A DNA stretch of 64,000 nt from a virus. Lineage: Duplodnaviria; Caudoviricetes. Under the pieces are notes generated by a model. That model did not search any database. It was not told the origin of the DNA and saw only the letters and a list, made by a program, of their open reading frames with translations. The stretch spans positions 32,001 to 96,000 of IMG/VR virus record IMGVR_UViG_3300047469_000103; one strand, written 5' to 3'. The position numbers and the translations under genes are program-made. Position 1 is the first letter of the stretch. Each line of letters begins with the position of its first letter. This document shows, piece by piece, positions 56,494 to 64,000 of the stretch.

Positions 56494-57164
56494 GCTGGTT
56501 CTCCACACGGGAATTTCGGACTGTACACGTGACCACGTTTCGGATGGCGTTCGGTTCCGTCGCTAATAAAATAGGCGCCGGGTGTACGGAAAATTTCAAT
56601 ACCGTGACGGGAACCATCGCGCATAATTCGCACAATATCTTTCATTTCACCTTCTGGTAAATCAGCCAGTCGGGTGATGGTTTTCGTGCCGCGTTCCGGG
56701 TGCGCAAACTGCACACCAGTACGGCGAATTTCAAACAGGCGCGGGCCACCGTTGTACAGGTAGCATTCGATAACCGGATTCGGCATATCGAGCAATTCAA
56801 CGTATTGCACGTAGGCTTCACGAACCTGTTCAATCATGAATTTGTGCGTGCGCAAAATCTCGCACGTCTTTTTGTGCCAAAGGATTTGGCGACGAATCAT
56901 AAACGCTAGCGTGTCATATACCCGGCTGTAGTCACCACTAATGGGCCACAGTTCCATCTTTGCACCGGGCGCATTATATTTCACTGTGCGAATTACACCG
57001 GCTTTTTCCGGGGCGTAAATCCCATCATCCAGCATCAGCACCAGCGAACCGCGTGCGTTTACAATGTACTCGCTTCCGAGGTGTTCTTCTCCGTGAGTGT
57101 TTTCACGGAATTGCGAAGCGCCCATCATCTGCAAGCATACGACTTTGAAATGATCTTGATTCAT
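56490..57164 (-). CDS. hypothetical protein
   Basis: ORF in the operon. Confidence 0.75.
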   Translation of the reverse strand: MNQDHFKVVCLQMMGASQFRENTHGEEHLGSEYIVNARGSLVLMLDDGIYAPEKAGVIRTVKYNAPGAKMELWPISGDYSRVYDTLAFMIRRQILWHKKTCEILRTHKFMIEQVREAYVQYVELLDMPNPVIECYLYNGGPRLFEIRRTGVQFAHPERGTKTITRLADLPEGEMKDIVRIMRDGSRHGIEIFRTPGAYFISDGTERHPKRGHVYSPKFPCGEPA

Positions 57165-57186
57165 GCCAAATCCTTTGTGTAGGTCT

Positions 57187-57672
57187 TTACTTTTTCTTTT
57201 TCACAATCGAGCCGATAGTCGATTTCTTCAACTTCGGCAATTCTTTAATTGCGTCCAACAACTTGTGATGCTCGCGGCTCAGCTTGTCACGAGCTTCCGG
57301 CAGCGTAAACCATTTACGTTTGCGCAGCTTCTTTTCGTCCCAATGATCCAGCGCAACATGGAACTGCATCGCGTACATCTTTACGATTTGTTTCATGCCG
57401 TCTTTCTTGTATTCAAACGTACCGATTTTCTTTGTAACGGTGCCGGTGATACCTGCCTCTTCGAAGCATTCTTTTGCCGCGTTAGCGCGTGCGTCCAAAT
57501 GCTTTTCCTGCCCGCCTTTGGTGAAACCCCACCATGCGCCTTTCTTCAGTTTTTTCACCAACAGAACTTGTCGCACGCCGTCAACGTCGCGGTATGGAAT
57601 ACAGCCAGACTGCAAGCGTACTTCTTTCGGCTTTTCTTTCTTCGATTTAGCAACAGCAATTTCAATATCCAC
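57187..57672 (-). CDS. Nudix hydrolase (DIPP/Ap6A-like subfamily)
   Basis: QSGCIPYR...QVLLV...WGFTKGGQE...AAKECFEEAGI; GTG start at 57672 with GAGG RBS (alternative ATG 57720). Confidence 0.88.
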   Translation of the reverse strand: MDIEIAVAKSKKEKPKEVRLQSGCIPYRDVDGVRQVLLVKKLKKGAWWGFTKGGQEKHLDARANAAKECFEEAGITGTVTKKIGTFEYKKDGMKQIVKMYAMQFHVALDHWDEKKLRKRKWFTLPEARDKLSREHHKLLDAIKELPKLKKSTIGSIVKKKK

Positions 57673-57721
57673 GGAAACCTCAACAGTATGTGAGTGTGGG
57701 AAAGGCGCTTCCCACTCCATT

Positions 57722-57730
57722 TTAAATTAC
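57722..57730 (-). promoter_or_regulatory. putative late-promoter motif GTAATTTAA upstream of the Nudix gene
   Basis: Exact 9-mer match on the minus strand in the intergenic gap. Confidence 0.5.
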
Positions 57731-57745
57731 CACTCACATACATAT

Positions 57746-58564
57746 TTACAGTTCTACGATCAGCACCTTATGCGTAACGTTTTCATTCATGAACGGGAAC
57801 AGTTGCGCCGCAAGGTCGGTGCCGTCTTCAACAGCCGTTGTTTTAAGCACAATTTCCGAATGTTGTACGCTGATTGCATTGCGCATGCGGCCAAAGAAAC
57901 GAGCGCCGTATTTTGCAGGAATAACCAACTGCATTTTGCTTTCGTCCATCACACCGTACACGCCGTTTTCGTCGTCGAGGTCACGCAAGAACCACGAGGC
58001 CAAAACGTCTTCGAATTGCTCTGGCGTTTTAACCATTCGCTCTTCGTAACGCATTGCTTCCATGTGCGGGAAAACCGATATCGCGCCCATTGCTGCAATG
58101 TGAAACTTTTTACGCGGTTCTTTTATCGGGCCGCAGTGCATGCAACTGAAACGGAAACCCGCAACCATGTTCGCGTCAACCTGTTCGGCATCCTTGATAT
58201 AGAAACGCAGGATGTGTTGGGTTTCGTCGATTTCGATTGTCGAGGTAAACGGTGCGTACTGGAAATACGCTTTGAACTTTTCCACTTCTTCGGCAGTGCG
58301 TGCGTGGAAGGATTGCATGTCCGCGTGCAGCCGATTTGCATGGATCATTACTTCTGCAAATTCCGGTTCTTCGTCTGCGCGATATTCGTCGATGTACGAA
58401 TCAATCCAGAAATAAGTTTCGCCAAACGTCAGCAGCAAACCATTCCACTCGTAAAACAATGCGTCGGGGCTTGGCCCTCTGCGCATCAGGCCGTCGTTTG
58501 GATCGCATGGAGTAGCGCCCATCAGTGCCAGAACTTCTAACGCTTTACTCAATGCTTCACTCAT
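57746..58564 (-). CDS. hypothetical protein
   Basis: Start MSEALSK overlaps the upstream stop. Confidence 0.75.
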   Translation of the reverse strand: MSEALSKALEVLALMGATPCDPNDGLMRRGPSPDALFYEWNGLLLTFGETYFWIDSYIDEYRADEEPEFAEVMIHANRLHADMQSFHARTAEEVEKFKAYFQYAPFTSTIEIDETQHILRFYIKDAEQVDANMVAGFRFSCMHCGPIKEPRKKFHIAAMGAISVFPHMEAMRYEERMVKTPEQFEDVLASWFLRDLDDENGVYGVMDESKMQLVIPAKYGARFFGRMRNAISVQHSEIVLKTTAVEDGTDLAAQLFPFMNENVTHKVLIVEL

Positions 58565-59453
58565 TGGAAATATCCAGTTTAGGGCGAGCTTTTTTCGCTT
58601 CGTATTCACGCGATGGTTTCTTTTCACGCGGTTTGAAAAACGGCAGCCGGTCGATGAATTTAATTGTCGAAAGCGTCACCTCGTAACTGTCGTCAGGAAT
58701 CAACGCATTCACAAGCTGACTATCCGATTTCCGATGTGTCATTACTTCGATAGTTTCGAGTTTATCCACGCCGTAGGTGAACATCCAATGCAACCACTGG
58801 CCCGGTTCGCCTAGCGTGCTGATTTGGTCATTACCCTGTGCAGGCATTTTCGGATCGAATGCTTTTTCTGCCCACGCAGCAACGTCGTTACCGTTTTCTA
58901 CCCATGCGAAAAATTCGTCTTCTTCGTCTTCAACATCGTCGTAAAGCAAATGATCGCCAGCCATGCGAACATAAAACTTATTGTGTTCGGCATCATATTG
59001 CAGACGGAACAGAACGTGTTCCCAACCGCGAAGCGTGAATGTCACCGTGCGATTCTGCGTTTTCGATGGCTTGTATTCCACTGGCACGCGGCGTTCGTCA
59101 CAGTACGCTTTGATTTCTTCACAGAGACGATTACGACGGGTTAAAAGCTTGTCGTTTTTCTCTGCTTCTTTCGCCGCGATATTGCGAATGTCGATTTCAG
59201 TTGTAGCAGAAGCCGGGATGTTTAGGATTTGCCGCGCAGCAAATTGATTACGCAGATTGACCGTGTACATTTTGCCGCTATCACCCTGCTTGGCAACAGC
59301 GCCACGCAGCGGACGATGTGGCAAATGATTCGCGGGAAGAAAACGCACGATAACGCCATTCAGACTGAAGGAACGGCTATCGCCATTATCGGTGAAACCA
59401 AACGTCAACAATTGCATCGACAGAACGTCGCGAAACTCTTGATTAATTCGCAC
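58557..59453 (-). CDS. hypothetical protein
   Basis: GTG 59453 after GGAG (alternative ATG 59417). Confidence 0.7.
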   Translation of the reverse strand: MRINQEFRDVLSMQLLTFGFTDNGDSRSFSLNGVIVRFLPANHLPHRPLRGAVAKQGDSGKMYTVNLRNQFAARQILNIPASATTEIDIRNIAAKEAEKNDKLLTRRNRLCEEIKAYCDERRVPVEYKPSKTQNRTVTFTLRGWEHVLFRLQYDAEHNKFYVRMAGDHLLYDDVEDEEDEFFAWVENGNDVAAWAEKAFDPKMPAQGNDQISTLGEPGQWLHWMFTYGVDKLETIEVMTHRKSDSQLVNALIPDDSYEVTLSTIKFIDRLPFFKPREKKPSREYEAKKARPKLDISNE

Positions 59454-59775
59454 GTTGGAATTTCTCCGTAATGGTGTAGGACATGCCGCGTTCGCAGCGC
59501 GCAAAAGCTTCTTCGTCTTTCTTGCCACGGGATTTAATGCCGAGCGATTCAGACTCGCCGTGACAGCGCACAATCAATTCGCCGCTGCCGCCTTTGTCGA
59601 GGTTGCAAAAACCTGCACCAACACATTCGATAAAACGGTGATCGGATTCCATCAGCGCACGCCAGCCACATTCCTTCATTTCTTTGTGGATCAGCACATA
59701 CGGAAACATGATTGGCAATTCGTGAGTGTTGCCGTGTTCGTCTTCCGATTTCAAAACAACGTATTTCATCAACAT
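59443..59775 (-). CDS. CHGxSESL-family small protein
   Basis: MKYVV...FP...H...VGAGF...CHGESESLGIKSRG..DE. Confidence 0.75.
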   Translation of the reverse strand: MLMKYVVLKSEDEHGNTHELPIMFPYVLIHKEMKECGWRALMESDHRFIECVGAGFCNLDKGGSGELIVRCHGESESLGIKSRGKKDEEAFARCERGMSYTITEKFQRAN

Positions 59776-59776
59776 G

Positions 59777-60103
59777 TTATTGTCCTGTTGTGTCGGTGAA
59801 AATAACCGCGCTGTCGATATTCTTGATCCAGACTTCAGCCAAGCGAATATGTTCGCCTTGATCGTCCCGATGCGACAGGTACTCGCGGTATTGACGCAGA
59901 CGCCGCTCAGCACGCATTTTCAAATAGGCGCGGGCTTCAGCTTCGGTGTCAAAACAAACGGTGGTGTAATCTTCGTCATCGTCATCGTCGGAATCAACTT
60001 CGAAGTTTTCCCACACCGTAGAAAATACTTGTGGGTAATATTTGCCACCCGCCAGCATGAGGCGATACGGCAGAATGTTTTCGTTAAAATCAGACGCGTT
60101 CAT
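59777..60103 (-). CDS. hypothetical protein
   Basis: ORF abutting its neighbours. Confidence 0.7.
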   Translation of the reverse strand: MNASDFNENILPYRLMLAGGKYYPQVFSTVWENFEVDSDDDDDEDYTTVCFDTEAEARAYLKMRAERRLRQYREYLSHRDDQGEHIRLAEVWIKNIDSAVIFTDTTGQ

Positions 60104-60415
60104 TTATACGCTTCCTTTGAGTGTGCTGTAGAAATATTGGTTAGAACGCTTGATGATTTCTTCGTCAATTGCGCCCCGGCTATCCAGCTTCAGCGATTCC
60201 GAACGCCCGTGGCAATACGGCTTCCCGTCGAGGCCAATGTCTACAAAACCAGCCGAAACAATTTCGTCCATTTGTATGTGCGTATGGCGACGGAACCGGG
60301 CGAAGTCTGCATGAACAATAATGCCGGGGAACAGGAAAGCGATAGCATGGCGTTCATCCGTCACGCTACCATTCTCGCGTTTATCACCTTCAAAAATAAC
60401 GTACTTGAATTGCAC
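60104..60415 (-). CDS. CHGxSESL-family small protein
   Basis: GGAGG RBS and GTG; FKYVI...FP...H...VSAGF...CHGRSESLKLDSRG..DE. Confidence 0.75.
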   Translation of the reverse strand: MQFKYVIFEGDKRENGSVTDERHAIAFLFPGIIVHADFARFRRHTHIQMDEIVSAGFVDIGLDGKPYCHGRSESLKLDSRGAIDEEIIKRSNQYFYSTLKGSV

Positions 60416-60417
60416 GC

Positions 60418-61773
60418 TTAATCCTCCAGCGGGCCGTCGTGGTAGCCGACAATTTTCATGTGTTCGTAAGTGCTGGTCACAAGGTACGAATCCCACTGAA
60501 TGCGGTCGTCGAAACCATACGATTCGCTGGTGATATTTGCAGCGATCATTTCGCGGTCGATTTCTTCCGGGTCGAGCAAATCGTAACGCTTCAGAATTTC
60601 CCGTGCATGTGCAGCGACAGCTTCTTTCGTCGCGTCAATTGTCACTACAGTTTCCAGTGCTTTCGACAGGCTACCGCGTTGCTCACGGAATTTCATTTTG
60701 CGCGGTGCTTTTGAGAGTTCGCGCTTCGGATAAGTGACGATCATATCCACGAGTTTTTCAATGTGCCCGACCACATTCCCGTCCAGCGGAACCAGATGGA
60801 AATTGCCGCTGCTACCGCTTTGGCTATCCGGGCTTTTCACGAACCAGATGATTTCGTTTTCGTAGAAAGCAATCGAGAAATAATTGTCTGTCTCGGGATT
60901 AACCGCAGGCCAGAAAATACCCGGCACGCCTTCGTGATCCAGCATCGGACGCGCCGCACGAATTTCGTCAATGCGTGGACTGAGTTTCATCAGGCTCAGG
61001 AAAGTTTCGGCGGTTGACAGGTACGCTTTAACTGGTGCGTCTTCACCGTTACCGCCCCAATCAAATTCCAGTTTGTCGTATTCGCCAAAAGCGATTTCAA
61101 CCAAACCGAAACGGGTTTCGTAAGCAGTGAAAATTGCGCGTTCTTTTGCATGCTCTTCGTTCAACACGGCCACCTGTTCGTCGGTGTATTGCGGATCGAG
61201 GCATTCTGCGTCACCGGCTTCCCACTCAGAAGTTTCGTCTTCCATGCTGCCTTGCGGTTCGCCGGTTTCTTTTTCGAATTCTTCAATCTGCGCTTTGGTC
61301 GGATGCGGTACGCCAGCAATAACCATGAAACCACAGCACGGACAATGGTACATGCCGATTGGCGCACCGGTTAACATTTCTGGATGTTCGTAGCATTCGC
61401 CTTCGACGTTCATGTAAATGCGATAAACAAATAACCGCATTTTGTCGTCGCCCAGCGTGCGCATGCTGACGTGATATTTCTCAGGATCGAGATTCAGTTC
61501 ATGAGTCCACGCGCCGATTACTTTCATGCAATCGTCAGCGGTAGCATCACCATTCAATTTGAAAACACACATCAGGGTCGATGGTGCGAAGTCGTCGCCC
61601 TGTACAAAGAAAAACGAACCTTTGTCGTAACGGCACGGAACCAGATTCGCCGGACAGAACATTCGGTCAAGCGTAACGTCCACCGAAGAGCCGTTGAATT
61701 CTGGAAACTTCACGTCGAGAAATTCATCGCGGAAAGTGCCGGGAAAAAGCAGTGTGATTTCTTTGCTGTTCAT
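60418..61773 (-). CDS. mosaic multidomain hypothetical protein with a CxxC module
   Basis: AGGTG RBS; GAPIGMYHCPCCGFMVIAGVPHP; acidic linker; MKFREQRGSL C-terminal module. Confidence 0.75.
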   Translation of the reverse strand: MNSKEITLLFPGTFRDEFLDVKFPEFNGSSVDVTLDRMFCPANLVPCRYDKGSFFFVQGDDFAPSTLMCVFKLNGDATADDCMKVIGAWTHELNLDPEKYHVSMRTLGDDKMRLFVYRIYMNVEGECYEHPEMLTGAPIGMYHCPCCGFMVIAGVPHPTKAQIEEFEKETGEPQGSMEDETSEWEAGDAECLDPQYTDEQVAVLNEEHAKERAIFTAYETRFGLVEIAFGEYDKLEFDWGGNGEDAPVKAYLSTAETFLSLMKLSPRIDEIRAARPMLDHEGVPGIFWPAVNPETDNYFSIAFYENEIIWFVKSPDSQSGSSGNFHLVPLDGNVVGHIEKLVDMIVTYPKRELSKAPRKMKFREQRGSLSKALETVVTIDATKEAVAAHAREILKRYDLLDPEEIDREMIAANITSESYGFDDRIQWDSYLVTSTYEHMKIVGYHDGPLED

Positions 61774-61782
61774 GCTTGTCAC

Positions 61783-62133
61783 CTACAGAGGGATTACACG
61801 AAAAAGGAAATTGCATGCGCGGATTACCAGCGCTGCGCAAATGGAATCTAAAACGAGTTGGTACGGCTCGCATGGATCGTCGTAAATATCCGGCAACGAA
61901 TAATCGCCGTCGTAGTTCGGTTCCAAATACAGCAAGCCTTCCATGCGATTGCGCGGGCTATCCGTCACACATTCATCAGGACGCACGCCGTACAGATTCA
62001 TCAACTGGCGCGCACCGATGTAATGAACCTGACCATCGAATTTGCTAATTACTTCACCCGGACAAATCAGGAAATGTTTTCCGTGATCGGACAGGTACAC
62101 GCAATCTTTACCGAGTGTGGTTTTGTAGTTCAC
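61783..62133 (-). CDS. hypothetical protein
   Basis: GTG start overlapping the Arc-gene stop (GTGA). Confidence 0.6.
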   Translation of the reverse strand: MNYKTTLGKDCVYLSDHGKHFLICPGEVISKFDGQVHYIGARQLMNLYGVRPDECVTDSPRNRMEGLLYLEPNYDGDYSLPDIYDDPCEPYQLVLDSICAALVIRACNFLFRVIPL

Positions 62134-62726
62134 AGCGGCTTCAATTCCTTGATGTTCACTTGCGTGTTTTTGTAGCCTTCGTTGCCCTTCAGTCCACGCG
62201 TCAATTCGGCATAAACTTCGCCGTCGTTTTGCACAGTGTAGCGAACCAGAATCCACGCCATTTCACTGAAGCGCACCGGGTCGCCTACGTGTGGGACAAA
62301 CGTCTGCACCTGAAAGAATTCGGTAGGCTTCATTTCAGCCGCCAGACTTTCGAACTGTGCAATCAACGTAGAGAAATCGGTTTTGTTTTCCAACAGCGCC
62401 TCAATTTCTTTTTTCAGCTTCTCGCCGTCAACGCTGTCTTCCAGTTCAACCGCACTCATGAACCACTGACCAGAACGCAAAAGCTTTTTCAGCATTGTTT
62501 CCAGTTCTTTGCAGCGCTGTGCAGCTTTCACGCCATCCACCAGCGTGTTCATGCTTGGAGCATGCCCGGTTTCTTTGTGAGCGGCCAAGCACATTTCGAT
62601 CCACGCTACCATCTGACTGTTCATGCTGCGATGTTGCGTATCAGCAATTTCCTTCACATGATCGCGCATGCCTTCCAGAAGGCGGATAACGAATTTGTCG
62701 GCGGTGCGGCTGCTGTAGGTTTTCAT
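62130..62726 (-). CDS. Arc/ribbon-helix-helix regulator, AmrZ(AlgZ)-like N-terminus with novel C-terminus
   Basis: [42 protein letters not shown]; AGGA RBS. Confidence 0.9.
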   Translation of the reverse strand: MKTYSSRTADKFVIRLLEGMRDHVKEIADTQHRSMNSQMVAWIEMCLAAHKETGHAPSMNTLVDGVKAAQRCKELETMLKKLLRSGQWFMSAVELEDSVDGEKLKKEIEALLENKTDFSTLIAQFESLAAEMKPTEFFQVQTFVPHVGDPVRFSEMAWILVRYTVQNDGEVYAELTRGLKGNEGYKNTQVNIKELKPL

Positions 62727-62770
62727 AAACATCCTAAATATAAATAGTGAATCGCGCAGGAAAGCGGAAC

Positions 62771-63343
62771 TTACTTGCAGAGGTCTTTGTAGCTGACGAT
62801 GGCTGTGTTCTTGCCGCCGTCCATAAAGAAAGTGTAGCTGTCTGCCTTCGGTAAAAACTTACGGAATTTCTCGCCATTCGCAACGAATTCTTTCCGCGTC
62901 TCTTTACCGGTTTCTGTCAGCAGAACTGTCATGGCGTTGCCGTCGATATCGAGTCGGGTTTCTTCGTCGATTTCACTGGCTGGTGTCATGTAGATTTTGT
63001 AACCGAGAACAGTCATGTAACGGTAGCTGTAATTCCGCGTACCGGTCATGGTGCGCTCGCCAACTTTGAAAACACAATTCGAAGTATGCGAACCGTATTT
63101 GTCGTAATCGGTGATGTAATCTTTCCAGAAGAAGTATCCGTACAGTGCAACCATACCCAACAACGAACCGACGACAGCAACTGCAATCGCCCAAAACTGA
63201 ATCCGTTTAGCGAGACGCCGACGTTTCTCAAATTTAGCTGAATCTTCACGATCATTTTTCAAAATCGTTTCCAACTCAGCGTCCAACACTTCGTTAAGTG
63301 CGTGGTCGAGTTCTGCGGCGTTTGGCTGTTGTGGCAAAGTCAT
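62771..63343 (-). CDS. single-pass membrane protein
   Basis: RRRLAKR followed by [28 protein letters not shown]. Confidence 0.75.
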   Translation of the reverse strand: MTLPQQPNAAELDHALNEVLDAELETILKNDREDSAKFEKRRRLAKRIQFWAIAVAVVGSLLGMVALYGYFFWKDYITDYDKYGSHTSNCVFKVGERTMTGTRNYSYRYMTVLGYKIYMTPASEIDEETRLDIDGNAMTVLLTETGKETRKEFVANGEKFRKFLPKADSYTFFMDGGKNTAIVSYKDLCK

Positions 63344-63352
63344 GATAATCCC

Positions 63353-63850
63353 TTATTTGTATTTGGCTTGGAAGTAAGCAATTTTCTCGGCATGTTTTTC
63401 AGCGAGCGCTTCGTCTTTGGTGCTGACGATATCTTGCGAGAAAAACACAGTTTCTGTGCAGATGAATGTTTGCCGGTGTGGCTTGCCGTCTGAGAACAAA
63501 AGTTTCAGACAGAGCCGTGTGTAATTAACCAGCATTTTGTAATCCGAAACCACGTACACGTTCGCATCGGTGTGCGGAATGTGATCGAGTAGAATGCACT
63601 TGCTTGTGCCTTCCACGTAGAAGAGTGGGCGCGGCTGCTCAGTAAAAAGATTCTGAGTCAGCCAACGCTGTTTCAAAACCATTATCTTGTTGCGAATTTT
63701 CGAAATGTATTCGACCAATTCCTTATCGCGATCCAGCCCCGCACCTTTGTAGATGCGTTCAAGCGTTTCGTGTGTCTTATACATACGGCCCTGCTGTCTT
63801 GCTAACAGGTCGTGAAGTTCCGGTGCCGTCAACTTAGCTAATGGTTTCAT
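63353..63850 (-). CDS. hypothetical protein
   Basis: ORF with GGGA RBS. Confidence 0.7.
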   Translation of the reverse strand: MKPLAKLTAPELHDLLARQQGRMYKTHETLERIYKGAGLDRDKELVEYISKIRNKIMVLKQRWLTQNLFTEQPRPLFYVEGTSKCILLDHIPHTDANVYVVSDYKMLVNYTRLCLKLLFSDGKPHRQTFICTETVFFSQDIVSTKDEALAEKHAEKIAYFQAKYK

Positions 63851-63855
63851 TGTCC

Positions 63856-63999
63856 CTAAACCTTGCGCCCTAATGTGGTCGTATCTGTGTCGTCAGTAAT
63901 GTACTGATACCCGCCCTTATTGTAGAGCGGTGCAACACGGTTCTTTTTCTTTTGAATTTCAACCTGTGCAGCGGCTTCGCGTTCTTCATAACCTTCGAT
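63856..63999 (-). CDS. 5'-truncated conserved phage hypothetical protein
   Basis: ...KKKNRVAPLYNKGGYQYITDD...GRKV, a motif recalled from T4-like hypotheticals (unverified). Confidence 0.65.
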   Translation of the reverse strand: MEGYEEREAAAQVEIQKKKNRVAPLYNKGGYQYITDDTDTTTLGRKV

Positions 64000-64000
64000 T

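Noticed and set aside
62739-62746. Perfect T4 late promoter TATAAATA
   Set aside because: Single copy on the + strand facing away from the local minus-strand genes, in an AT-rich gap; likely chance
1-64000. tRNA, rRNA, IS or integrase genes
   Set aside because: Intergenic gaps are short and no cloverleaf, transposase or recombinase motif was seen; manual inspection could miss a degenerate tRNA

Overview
This is a 64-kb segment of a jumbo myophage genome, with no tRNA, rRNA, CRISPR or IS element seen. The gene content resembles the Lu11/PaBG/Y3-type hairy jumbo phages (recalled, not searched). A Pseudomonas host is suggested by an Arc-domain protein nearly identical to AmrZ at its N-terminus. 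Layout: (i) + strand cluster of acidic and basic probable head-internal proteins (3-5798); (ii) - strand operon with DHFR, thymidylate synthase and several small proteins resembling free-standing capsid A-domains (5843-11119); (iii) long + strand virion block with PAAR tip, gp25/gp6-like baseplate, four collagen-like fibres, lectin-rich fibres, a membrane/periplasmic cluster, a repeat fibre and a lysis cassette (11190-52213); (iv) - strand accessory region with tandem paralogue families, DUF4326, a Nudix hydrolase and the AmrZ-like regulator (52268-64000). Strongest leads: an array of capsid-fragment-like mini-proteins (possible immune decoys); an AmrZ mimic plus a tandem AmrZ-like operator; twin covarying terminators with a conserved GTAATT loop that matches a putative late-promoter motif; a shared N-terminal motif that may target proteins, including the Nudix enzyme, to the capsid; and a fixed-register cysteine in all four collagens. 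All family assignments are by eye from motifs; no database search was run. Several start codons were re-chosen from RBS and gene-overlap evidence.
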